DNA from: Dicyema japonicum
Taxonomy: Eukaryota; Animalia; Dicyemida
NCBI GenBank assembly: GCA_011109175.1
Contig: RDEW01000052.1
Location: 1 to 64,000 of the forward strand
Length of the DNA: 64,000 nucleotides
Reading direction: 5' to 3'
In this document: piece by piece, positions 27,270 to 39,501 of the stretch
Numbering within the stretch: the first letter of the stretch is position 1
How the letters are laid out: each line of letters opens with the position of its first letter
Translations under genes and position numbers: made by a program
Notes under the pieces: generated by a model
The model's input: only the letters and a program-made list of their open reading frames with translations
What the model was told of the DNA's origin: nothing
Databases searched by the model: none

Positions 27270-27680
27270 AAGTCACTCGGTATCTAGTTGTATGGGCTCG
27301 ATATTAGGTAAATACAGCAAATCTAGGAGACTCTCAGTCCCTTAGGACACAATGAAACTGCAGGTCATTATTAAAATCTTTTTCTATTTTTTCTTAGATA
27401 ATCAGATCCTTCGCAACAGTTTTTATCAAATTCACAATCCAATGTACAATTTGATCTTAGAGAGAGTGATGCACCAAAGGCTACCCCAGGAGTTCATAAT
27501 AAAAGACAACCGGACCTTCAGGTAGGGTTTCATGAGGGCCGATCTTGTGTTGACTGCCTCTGAAGGAGTGGAAAGGGGAAATAAAATGATCCTTTTTCCT
27601 GTCAGCCTAATACTGGGCGACATCGACAGATGTCTCGTGATGCCTTTTTGATAGCACCAGCACCACATGGCGTCACGAGA
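27270..27680 (-). pseudogene. Possible L-protein capping-domain EVE fragment
   Basis: CWC ... TRSALMKPYL (ORF 27432-27668) echoes the CxxC ... RGPxxxYLGS order; weak. Confidence 0.3.
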
Positions 27681-28127
27681 CGAGGGGAAAAATAAATGGT
27701 TTTTTTTAATAATATGAATGCCTGCTGCTATCTTTTAAAAAATTAATAATCAAATTTTAATAAATATAATTTTATTTTTAAATTTAAAATAAAGGGATTT
27801 CATAGATTTTGTGGGTACTTCTTGAGAAACGCTGTTCTAAATTTAAATCACGATTTCCAGCTTTGAGGTAACTAAGAAAAGGTTTTTTCCAAGCTTATTT
27901 CTTGGTAGATATAGTCTCACCTTAAATCTTAGTTCATATGAATTTTTAGTCTATCATAACTTTCTTGCGAATTCACATATCCCTTTAAGCTAGCATGTTT
28001 TGAATTCAGTCAAAGAGACGAAAGTCAAGTGTGGCCTAGATGAGTTACATAATAACTACGAATCATTCTCTTACCATCGCAATCTCAGCACTATTGGCAG
28101 CCGGATTATTGTCTCTTTATTAGTATA

Positions 28128-29090
28128 CAGTAAATCCCCATTAATCCGAACTTCAATAATCCAAAAACTTCAATAAACTGATTTTTTTGATGAGTCAGTA
28201 AAATTTTACTAAATTTCCATACAAACAGGCGTCAATAAACCGAAACTTCATAATCCGAAAGAAGTTTACTATAATTTCGGATTAATCTATTTTGTATATA
28301 TTCTACATTTAAATGAATTTACATTTTAAATTTAAATCTTACAGTGCCACATGGTTAGAAAGAGGGTCGAAATTTCTATTGCACAGAACAGAAAGATTTT
28401 TGAAATAAAAATGAACCTTTATTTTGGATTTCGACACATTCAAAAATTCTTCAAAATGTGAAAAACGGGAAAAACTATGAAACTTTGATTAACAAGTCAA
28501 GACAGTTGTAAACATCAATAATTTGATAATTCACTTGTTGAATGGATGTCATCTTAGTGATGAATTAAAATTTTTATTAAAAAGTTTTTTACTGGGAATA
28601 ATGCTCCAAGCCACGTTTTAACGAAATTTTTTGAAACATTGAAATTTTAATCCTTTAAAAAAACAAAACTGTTCATCTTCAACCGCTGAACGCATCCATA
28701 ATCAAGAACTTTAAGCGTTATCATAGAAAAAGGTTTACTTTGGATTACATGGAAGTCCTTGATTTGGATAATTTTTCGGAATTTAAGGAAGGCCATCATT
28801 ATGGTGCAGAGATGTCTTGATTAATTTTCTAGTGAAGATATGCAAGATTCTGTTTTGAATGAGAGTACCGAAAAAAACTGGAAGAACTTGCTAATGAAGG
28901 AGAAATAACTCAAACAGAAATGCTCGACGAGAACGAAGTGATGCTGAAAATGGAGAGAATTATTATTTTATATAAAAACATGAATTTTAATTCAATGTAA
29001 TTAGTATATTTATTGCCTTCACAATCCGAAAATCTTCACAATCAAAGAGGTATCCGAATTTTTTTTGTTCGGATTAATGAGGGATTACTG
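28128..29090 (+). mobile_element. pogo/Tigger-like (Tc1/mariner superfamily) internally deleted element
   Basis: TIRs CAGTAAATCCCCATTAATCCGAAC / GTTCGGATTAATGAGGGATTACTG with TA on both flanks; remnants MVRKRVEISIAQ, NNAPSH, LQPLN.SIIKNFK. Confidence 0.85.
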
Positions 29091-29999
29091 TATTTGACAT
29101 TTGTTTGTTCCTAATACTGCATTGTGAGTATAACTATATTACCTACATCTCATCCGAGGCAGGACACACACTTTATTAAGTAAAGGACAGTTTTGATAAC
29201 TAATCGTAATGGGAGAGCCAATGAATGCTCTGACAATCTATTCTCTATTTGCTGATGAGTCTTTTATAGCCAAAACGGTTCAGCAGTGAAATTTTCACTT
29301 ATGGCGGTGTCACTTGTCGAGCCATAATAATTCCTGTGATAGTGCTAATAATAATCTGTAGCTAGTTCATCAGAAGTAGACATTTGAGATTAAAGATGTG
29401 TAATCCCAGTACAAAGCCAACATTAAAGACAACTGCTTCCATCAATAATATTCCTGATTTCTTGGAATAATTACTCATCTGGAAACCACAGGGAAATAAA
29501 CACGCACAGATAACAGTTTCACAACCGTGGTGTATAACGAGTTCTGCAATCATCTAAAACTGCTTATTCATTGACTCGTTATAATACAAAATTTATAACA
29601 TGCAGCCAGACGTGAACAACATAGTTCGTATATTACTATAGGGATCCAGTAAACCAACGTCTCTCTGAACACTCTGCATTTGTCGATAGCTAAATAACAA
29701 ACAGGTGCATACTTTGTATTGATTTATTTAATGACCTCGGATATAAAAGTTTATCAACGTTCAATTGAGGGATATCAGTTCCCATGGTTGGTGTCAAGCG
29801 CCTCCTGTTCAAGCATCAAGTCCACTCACTTCAAAGAAATTACAATGTTGCTATTTTGTATAATTTAAAATTAATAAATCGCAGTAAAGTTATTTGGTAA
29901 TAATCTTGATCAGAAAGGAAGCGTAGCTCTGTCGTCCACGAAAGTCCCCAATTACATTCTGAATGAAAAAAAATTCCATAAAGAAATTTAAAAATGTCA

Positions 30000-30850
30000 C
30001 CATATCCATAAAAATCGAGAACGGTTAAAATGGCTTTGGGGCTACCACATTTGTAATTTTTTTAAACAATCTGATTTATTTTGAAATCTGTGGTTTTTTA
30101 GTTAAATTTATTTGGTTCCTTTTATTTTTTCATTTTCTCCTATTCACTATAATTATTCACCATAGATTTATTCCTCATGTAATAATTCCTTTATAATTTC
30201 GTAAACTTTTTTTCGCTTTGATCTTTGAGATTGTTTTTTGTTGTAAAAACTGTTCTAACATTAGATAACTGATTCATGCTGTATATTTTTCGATGCTCAG
30301 GTTAATATCGTCCATCTTTCTTGTATCCGTTTTATTTGTCTTATACATTTATTCGTATTTCTTCATCGTTGATTACCTTTTTTACAGCAAAAGGTGAATC
30401 TCTTGCCAGTAAAGACCGAATTTTCAAAACTATGATTAAATCAATGAGAACTGTATGTATCTATCTTTAGAGCCACTGGAAATTATCGGGGTTATACGAA
30501 GTTTCGTTTCCATTAATCGTTTGACTAGTATTATATTGAATCTCATCACGGCTGACACCAAATAGTCTTTCGTTGAGCAGACTCAAAATTCGATCTTTTC
30601 CATAATGGTCTGAATTATCTTCTTTATATAAAAGTAAAAAATAGTAAGTAAACCTCAATAATAGTCAGCTTTAGTTCACTCTCTTCAACTGCGAAAAATC
30701 TTAGAAGGAAATTTTTCATCTAAACGAAAGCCTTTTATTCAGTTTTTTGGCATGTGTTATTTCGATACTTTTTTTGGTCAGTTTCTGCAACAATTCTCCA
30801 GATTCCTTTTCAAGCAACTAGATAATAAAATTATTCCAAAGACGAAAGGA
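30000..30850 (-). mobile_element. Integrase (Ginger/GIN-like) remnant
   Basis: DHYGKDRILSLLNERLFGVSRDEI resembles the integrase zinc-binding region; highly decayed. Confidence 0.4.
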
Positions 30851-31349
30851 TATAAACCAAACTAACCAATTAATCCCAGCGGTTCCAAAACGTATCCGGA
30901 TAACGAAATTGCCTCCCAGTGGGAAAAATAGTTTGATCCTTTTGATGACGGCCTGGTATTGGTCGTCCCTATAGTAATGTAAATATAATGAATGACCCCT
31001 TCAAAGGGAAGAAAAATAAAATTATAACCAACTAGCCACATAACACCACATAACGTCACGCGGCCAAAAAATTAATTAATACATTTATTAATACATTTAT
31101 TATTAATAATTAATTAATACATTTATTATTTTTAAAATATAACGAAAGCCATTTTATTTAATCAACAATGAAAGTTGATATTTAATTTGTTAAAATATGA
31201 GGACTGGGATCATCTAACTGTTAGACTCTTTTGTCTTTTTTTCTCGGTGTTCCCGGGTTATTAAAATAAATAAAAATAAATAAATTTGTTAAAATATTAA
31301 TGCAGTTTTAATTTTAAAATGAATCGTCAAAAAATCTCATTCCCATTAC

Positions 31350-32010
31350 ATGATAAACAGAATCCTACAAGGCTCTCAATCAATCCGGCTTTGTTCAACC
31401 ACTCATTAGTAGCATACTCGAGCTTGAAGATACGCTAGTTTTTTACTATGCGGAAACTTAATACTCACTGGTCGGGATAGAAACATTAATTCCGCCTTTG
31501 AGCATCTCCAAACACACTCGGACTCTCTAGGGTTTTGGTTATCAACCAACCACCTCTCCCTCCAATTTCAGCGTCACTGTATTCACTTTGGACAGACGTT
31601 GGCTAAACACAAAAGCAGAGTTGAAAATTTTAGAGATGTCTCCTTATCTCAAAAAAATCTAAAATCCAATGAATAATCTATGACCAATGCCTTAAATTTT
31701 TCTACCACGTGGTTTTAATATCAAAGAAAAAACTAAATCTCTACGCGCGGTTGACAGACAAGGAAATCCTCACCATAATCTACAATATATAAGGGCTTCC
31801 TTCAACTATGCGAACCCTTCCTGGAGTTCATCCTAAGCAGCTTGGAGCAACCAAAAACTTCAGAGTCCAAAATAGTTCTCTTCTAACAATTACTAAAATT
31901 ATTAGATTCACACCTTCCGACTACCTCCACTAAGAAATCACTATTCTAACAATTACTAGAATTATCAGGGCCCTCGCACAACTACGTTCTGGGAACTTCT
32001 TCCTTAAAGA
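31350..32010 (+). mobile_element. I/Jockey-group LINE RT C-terminal fragment
   Basis: PALFN; EILTIIY..IRASFNYANPSWS; RVQNSSL.TIT. Confidence 0.55.
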
Positions 32011-32459
32011 CGAGTCAGGCAGTTGGTTTCCACCACCAGACCAATTGTCATTGATTCTACGAGAAGTTTTCTCTTGTCTATTACCGCCAATGAACAACAA
32101 CTCTCAAAATTGCCACCGAACCTCGGTCGAATAGTCAGTGGCGTCAACGATGGAAATCTGACCCCAACGTTTTATTCAGAAATTCTACAGTCAAAAGTCT
32201 TGTGGCTACGGAGGCCAAACCATGAAATAAACTTCCAATTTTCTTAAAAATGATTACGAAACAACAGGTAGTGAATTGGTCGTAAATTCGATCTGGAAAA
32301 TGTTCGTATGAGAGCCAGAAACAATATGGCTTGGGCGAAGATGGCGAGGAGAATGTCTGCAAAGTTTGGCTCAAGCGAAACCCATTTAGGGCTACGCAAA
32401 AGAGCTCTTAACTAACTAATATTCAACCATAACAGGTTCAGCAGGTTTCTGCTGTCAAT

Positions 32460-33420
32460 GGACTTTAGAATTTCTGAATTCAGTAGGAGGAAACAGTCTC
32501 TACATAAGCCTTCAGGACGAAATCCTAATGGTGCAAGAGCATGACTAGTTTTTTCTCTAAAACACAGACTTTGAAGATAATCTTCTTTACGAAATAAAGC
32601 ATCAAAAACAGATTTGTCTATAGCTCAAAAAGTCCCTTTTCGGTTCCCAGGTATGGGGAACTTCCCCACTATAGATCTCTTCCATAAAGGTTGAATAACC
32701 CTAAAAATAAGTGAGGGTTCCATTTTGAGAAATCCTTTCGGAGATGGCCTGTCTATACAACATCTGTTTTTCCCTCTTAATTGGTTTCTCCCACGAATCA
32801 ATTTTCTAACTATCGGTGGGCCTGAATTTTTAGTAGTGTTCTTTGAAAATATCCTCTTCCGATACAGTCTTAGATACATCCCCATGGAATCAGGAAGAGT
32901 AGATAATTGTTTCAATCTATACCGGACACAGGAAAACATCTTCAACGATATCAGGGGTTTCAAGCTTATACAAAGTTCCCGGGGGATACGGTCACTTGCA
33001 ATATCCCCTATGGTCTTAAGCGAGGAGTGGAGACCAGACAAGAACAGTCCAATTTTGTCCCCGTTATATACAAAATAATTAGGTTATTCTATGTTTGAAC
33101 TTAAAATCAACGGTTTCGGACAGGAGCTCAAGACGCCGTCCATTCTAGTTCTTTTATAACTTTCACTTCTAGTAATAGCGATTTTTGTTGTAGAACTCAG
33201 ATATCTCCGTAGAGAATGTCTCTAAATTTTTCGAATATAGACCTCTAACACTGATCCACAATCTCCCTCAACAGAGTTCAACGAATACGAATTCACACGA
33301 TAATCCGAAATGATACTCGGACTACGAAATCCAGTAGACGATAGACATCCCCGTATCAGCAACTGAACCATCCTTCCATATAATGTCACCGGAATTGATC
33401 CTCATAATTTGACAATCCGC
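32460..33420 (-). pseudogene. Divergent L-protein EVE fragment (palm and thumb)
   Basis: W-x8-GM-x4-W (motif B spacing), EGDC at the motif C position, G-x24-G to YFVYNG (motif D/E spacing), then LPDSMG and FLKMEPSLIFRVIQPLWKRSIVG (cf. LDPSIGG and FLWSINPLFPR). Residue identity is low. Confidence 0.4.
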
Positions 33421-34074
33421 CTTCCTTAGTTTTTTCGTTGACCACCGAGAAATAGAATTATTTAATTCTTTATTTCAATAAATTTAGTTAAAAACATTTA
33501 CTGCACGAAATTAATAAAGTCATATTTAAAGTCACATTTCAATCATTTTTAGGTTATGTTTATGGTTGCCCTAGTTATAACAACCATATCTGCTGCGTCC
33601 TATTTAATAGGTGATCTTACAAGTTAGTGAGCCCGGGTTACTCAACTAACTAACTTGACATTACATCGTTGTAGTCGAAACAACGGTCGTAGGGGACCGA
33701 AGTTTTCCAGAGTTACCGGGGATCGTCGGGGGATGGATTGGCTGCTCAAAGAAGTATTATTATGACAGACTCAATTTTCAGTGTTCTTCCTTGTTTTCGC
33801 AAGTTTCTTGTGACCACGTTCATCTCTGCTTCCAACAATATGAGGAGCTGGCATGGGATCCTTTGGATGTGAAGGAAGAGAGGTGATTGATTCGGATGAC
33901 GAAAAAAGGGATAGGTTACGACAAGCTTTTTGTGAAAAGCGTTTAATCCATCAACTCTTAGTGTCCAGTTGATAATTTTGGTCCCGTAGAGGTTCCCAGC
34001 TATAGTGAGATACATACCTGTGGGTTGAATTTTAGCTATTTGTAGTAAATCCATGTGGCAACTTCCCACAATAG

Positions 34075-34656
34075 GGAATATTAACCTCTGTCATTATTTT
34101 GTGAAGACATCCTAGAAGATAGCTATTAATCACCGAAAACCTGATTTACATTATTTTATTAATAATTCATTATTATTATAAGGAAAAAGGAAAAAGAATA
34201 GTTAATTTTAATTCAGCTGTTGGGAGATGCACAAGCTATTCCCACGGACAACAGCCAACGAGAGCCTCTCCTTGAGCCATCTCGTATCACGAAGATCACC
34301 AGTTTTGTCAGTTAGTAGTTTTCCCAAATGGTTCAGGAACTTCAGCGTTTCAATCGCGACAGGTGCGAAAATGTACCTGTCGCTGATATCCGAATATTTA
34401 GCATTTTTTACTTCCTCTGCGAATATTTAGCATTTTTTACTTCCTCTCCTTATGATACGATTCACATTTAGTTGCAAGCTAAGTCTGGGCTTCTGTTCTA
34501 CATCGCCCCATAGCGAAGTCAGCATACAAGGGGAGAAGGGAGACACCCCAAGAATAATGTGATGGTAGTGGAATATTAACCTCTGTCATTATTTTGTGAA
34601 GACATCCTAGAAGATAGCTATTAATCACCGAAAACCTAATTTACATTATTTTATTA
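34075..34656. repeat. 87-bp direct repeat pair (34075-34161 and 34570-34656) flanking a CRE 3' fragment
   Basis: Copies differ at one base (cctgattt vs cctaattt); the spacer encodes WLKERLSLAVVRGNS on the minus strand. Confidence 0.9.
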
Positions 34657-34716
34657 TTAAAATAAAATTTAAAATTGAAAAAATATTTAAAAATGAAAAT
34701 ATAAATAAATTAGAAA

Positions 34717-35500
34717 ATGGGTCATATATGTTACCTTAATATTGAACTAATTTTTAGCCTTTTTAATATATTTGATCTCATTCAGCAATAAATGTGGACA
34801 AGATACCAAATCAATCCAATCTGATAAAAATGGAATTTCAACGTGGATATCATTCATCAATAATAATGTAACAGCCATCCTCAGTGGTACAATACGAATC
34901 ATTATTCATAAAAAGGTAAATTGTTTTTGCTTATAAAAGCCAGAGTTTACATTCGTAAATGCAAGTTTTGTCAGTTATATGAAGTCTCACTGGTATATAG
35001 CGACTTTGTCCGAGGATATTTACGCTCTTAGTTTTATTTTTAAGCACGTGCATAAGTCGGTTAAAATAATTGATGTCGTTGTTTCAGCCAATTATAGCGG
35101 TAAATATGTGATTTATTTAGATTCCAAAAAGCACATCACTTACGGAGCTGAAATTTGGCATAAAACTGATGAATATTTTAGATGTAAGGCGTTAAGACTT
35201 GAAAAAAGCAACATTACGTTAGAAATGTTGGATCTAAGGTTTCAGTTTTTTAGAAATGACAAAATCTCTGATTTTATTGGTACAGGTTAGTTTGTCGTAT
35301 CATGATTAGCTCATGATTGTCTGTTCGACGTGAATAAGAGGAAGAAGAGAAAGTCATACAGTTTCATACGTGACAAGAAACCGATGATTATAGGAATTAT
35401 TATTACTTCACTTTTCATCATTTCGTTGATAACATATTATAAAGTGGACAAAATTAGAAGCAGAGGTCACCTTCGAGTAGATTTGATCCCCTTAAATTAA
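34717..35500 (+). CDS. LAMP-like type I membrane protein paralogue 4 (single luminal domain, apparently intact)
   Basis: Open after removing introns 34730-34757, 34916-34939 and 35286-35309. Signal-like N-terminus, TAILSG.IRI, EYFRC..LEMLDLRFQFFRND..FIGT|AHDC, basic stretch, TM MIIGIIITSLFIISLITYY, stop TAA 35498-35500. Confidence 0.8.
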
Positions 35501-36789
35501 AAAATATAGTTTACTAATTTATTAGAATATTAATTTGGCTGTGTTTTCATTATTACCTTTTTTCTATAGTGAAGTGCAACCTGAGGCAACTGAGATATAT
35601 TATTGAACCATAACTTAGTTATTCTCTTATATGTGTCAATTTTGTCAAAATTTAACTGTTAGCAAATTTTTTTAATTGATGAATAAATAACTTAATAAGG
35701 AAAGAAAGAGAACAAATGATCATATAGTGGCTGCCCTGACTGCATGGATATTCCTTCTCAGGATAGCAAGGAGATTCGCTCGAATAAGCAGCAGCGTTCA
35801 CGAGGGTCTCCAGATCGTGTAGAAATCCGATTCCCTAGACAACTCAAAAATTCTTGTCGCAAGCGCAAGGGAACCAAACGTCTCAACGGCGAGTGGAACG
35901 AACAAAAATCCTTTTCCAAATCTATAATAAATGCATTTAGAAAACTCAAAAATATTTCGGTCAAGTTACCTTTGCATAAATTTTCTACACTTTTTCATAG
36001 AAGTAAAACGATATCCTAATACCCACAAACAAGTTTTTAATTTTACTGTTCAGTTATGCAAGTAAAATCATATTCGAATAAGCATCAGTGACCTCATTGA
36101 TCCTAGAGTCGGTGAATAGAATGAGAAAATCAGATATTTTTACAGTAGCACCTGTGAAATACTAATAAAAATGACAGACCTGTTAGTTTGAAATGTTTAT
36201 TAGACAAAAGATTATATAAAAAGCTGTTGTTAGTTGATGACACGTTAGTATTTATTCAAAAACTCTAAAAACTAATAAATGAGAAATAAAAATCATAAAA
36301 ATTGACTTTATTGACCTAAAAATTATACTTTGACCTTTTTTGACATAAACGAAATTTTGACTTTATAACATTTGATTAATATAATATTTTTTGATTAAAA
36401 ATCACATTTTTATAAGTTTTAAAACAATTTTAAAACATATGAATTTTTGACTTTATTGACAAAAATTGCCCTAATTATAAAAATGAGCATTAAAAAAACA
36501 GGGAATTACAGTAAAAATATGAGATAAAAGACAACGGCGAACGAGCGAGCCTACAGATTTCGCAGAAGAAAGAGCGTATTGACTCTGCTGATTCAGAGTA
36601 CTGAGATCTTACAAGTGTAAGGTGACTTTAGTTTTTAAACTCCTCTTACAAGTCATTATCTCCTCTGTCAGCAGATGATCTGTGATGACTAGGGCGAATT
36701 TTTTTAACCTAAAAAAATTAACTTTATTAACCTAAAAAATAAAAAATTAAAAAAATTTAACTTTATAACTAAACAATAAAAACACTAAA

Positions 36790-37980
36790 ACTTTTTGTTA
36801 CACATACAAATGATATAATTTTCTAAATTTCCTGGTAGAAAATGTCTGTTGGATCTTAGAAAATTCTTTATCTCAGAGCTTGTTCAATTATGAAACGTGT
36901 ACTTTGGTAATGATATCTGCAATAGCGACATTATTCGGAAACCTGGAATGTTCGAATAGCTTCGGATAAAGTCACATATACTGATAACTAACACGTGGTT
37001 TTTGAGACTTTCTTTAGTTGTTCGAACTAGATATCCATCATCCGCGAATGATTCGAAAATATTTTGAACTCCAATCAGATTTTCTGAATAGTATGTAGCG
37101 GCCTTAAGCCAGGTCCCCCATCTTGTCAAATGCGCACGAGGTGGAATGCGATGATTCTGTCTTTGAATATTAGTTTTCTTCTATTGTTCTTGTTAATTGC
37201 TGCTTGTACAGTAGTTATCATCAAATCAATTTCCGGATAAGAGTCTCTCATTTTCTCACAACAATTGTGTAATAGATGAACGCCACATGGAATAACTTGG
37301 GTAAAGATTTTTAAGTATTTTGCCAGCTAAAACATAAATTTACCTGACTTCATATAATTTGCAGCATCCAAAATTAACAAAAGGAAATTTTCCCTTTGAA
37401 GCAAATTATTTCCAAGTGCATCGTCTGAGTAGTGATGTTCTTGTTAGGAGCAGATTCTGTCGCCTTAAACGATGTCAGATATGTTGTTTCAAAAAAATAA
37501 CTATCCAATCATCACAGCAACGCATCTTTATCCCCGGATTTTTGTTTCATCCGTATTAGCAAAAACTTTTTGATTGCTACAAAATAAAGTAAATTTTTAT
37601 ACAGTTTTTGTTAAATTAACAATTTTTGATCCATTATGATTTGATCCACACAGCTTCTAGCTTTTGATGTTGAGGGAACTCGTACAGAGCCTCCGTAAAA
37701 CAATTCTCTAAGCCAGATTTTATAATAAATAATTTGTTTAGTGGAATATCAGATTTTATAAATGCTCTGGTTACTTGTAGAGCCCAATCATGATTTTTGG
37801 AATATTGGTCAATATGTGTTTAATGCGATTCGGTCAGATAATCTACAAAAAATAAGAAATTGTCTTACTGTGCAGAGAATAGTTGGATTTTTTAAATGGC
37901 AGCCAAGCATTGGACGTATCTTTAGTAAGGTGGATCCAATGACGCCATCAAAAATGAAGTAAGATAAATTTTTAACCAAT
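36790..37980 (-). mobile_element. hAT-like (DUF659/CGGBP1-type) transposase remnant
   Basis: TDET, DAANYMKS|AGKILKNLYP, HLLHNCCEKMR, LTRWGTWLKAATYY; sub-terminal-like ttgac(t/c)tt repeats at 36300-36470. Confidence 0.6.
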
Positions 37981-39059
37981 TAGACATAACACCAAATGGT
38001 GACACAGCTTTTAATAATAGGAACCTAACTCTATGTTAATTAACACTTAACAAGAGTTTCTTTGAAATAAAATAATAAATTATTTTTTTAAATGAACAAT
38101 AAATTTAATTTTAATATAATCATTTGCGATTTACCGAGATTAAATTCCATATATTTTACAATCTGCTTGAGTGGAGGACACCGTGTTAATTTATTGTTAA
38201 GACAAAATAAACAAAAAGGTCATACAACGGCCGCCCTGAGTGCGTGGCTATTCCCTCTCAGGATGGCGAGAGAGATTCTCTCAAATAACCAGCAGTGCTC
38301 ATGGGGACTCTTATCTAATAATGTCTTTTCGAACTCTCAGTTTTTCTATTCTTCCCAAGTTTACAAATGCAACTTTCAGCGTCTTTTCGTTCGCTAAACA
38401 GGAGACCCTTTGAATGGATTTGGAAGTTACCGTGGCCTCCCTACAAGAGGTGAAAGTGAAAGCGGATCGGGATGTATGCTACTTTAATTACCGGCTAGTA
38501 TTACTACAGATCGACTGCCATCACTATAAAATGGGTTTCTCATTTCATCTATCAATCGGCTACTCAAGGTAAGGATAGTTACTGACAGAATCGCTATAAT
38601 TCATTGGATCACGTAAAAGAAATCGATTCGAGGAGGAAAGCTACATGCAGAAAACTGGTAGAACGGATATTGAAGAGCACGCCATAACCGGGACCCTAAG
38701 AATTCACATGCCTATAACGACATGCGATATCTACGACGGTCCTCTTCCAGTCGTAAATGTCGACTCTGTTTTCCGGAACATCGGAGAATGAGTACTGAAG
38801 AATATAAAAATTGGAGCGGTGGAAGAATTGGGAGATGACGTATATTCTATGTGAAAAAATGAGAGATGTATAAAGTGTATCTAACCATCAAGCTCACAGC
38901 TATTTAGTCGCAGGAGGCTATTTAGTCGTTTGGTGAAATAGAAGTATGTACAACCTCAGCATCCGATCAACTAACGACTGGAGACAATTGGAAGTATTAA
39001 CAGGTTTTATCAATCTCCCAGAAGGGAACTTTGAAAATTGAGTTTATAGCTACTTTTTT

Positions 39060-39420
39060 TATAGAATCTTGAATACCACGGAAAGAAGGGAAATTTGTCT
39101 CTTACTCAGACACGAACGTTCTGAGTTAATGGAACCTGGAATGGGTTATCTGTGGGGACCATCGTCCTCTTCCTTTTTCGAACTGCTATAAAGTCTACTC
39201 TCATCACGCCCCGGAGATTTCTGAAACGCTCATTTCTGGTCGTCCAGAGAGGGGATATCTCTAAGGGGTGTGGTTCTTTAATCATCTCACAATTACTGAT
39301 TACTTTATTGAAGAAATATTGCTTAAGAGTCCACGTGAATTTTGCTTTGACTTTTGTCGCTTTCAGAACCACATTCAAATAAAAAACGGGATCTTCCCCC
39401 GATGAAATCCTACTTTCCTC
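39060..39420 (-). pseudogene. L-protein capping (PRNTase) domain EVE fragment
   Basis: TLKQYFFNKVI...EPHPLEI (39259-39273; cf. VSV [22 protein letters not shown]), followed in another frame by GPHR*PIPGSINSE (~39120-39160; cf. RGPLPAYLGSKTSE). Confidence 0.5.
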
Positions 39421-39501
39421 TTCCTAGATGATTATGAGGTATTTTCCATCAAAATTGAAAATTAAGGATATTTATTGAGAATAACAGATTTTTGGAGTAA
39501 A

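Noticed and set aside
29560-29830. Possible rhabdovirus-like glycoprotein remnant (CSERRWFTGS, minus strand)
   Set aside because: One short echo with no second collinear motif; needs a profile search.
33245-33275. EGDCGS on the minus strand as a 3C-like protease nucleophile motif
   Set aside because: No supporting His/Asp context; flanking spacing fits an L-polymerase palm better, and the frame has stops.
38400-39050. LGDDVY as an RdRp or RT motif C
   Set aside because: No recognisable motif A or B upstream; left unassigned.
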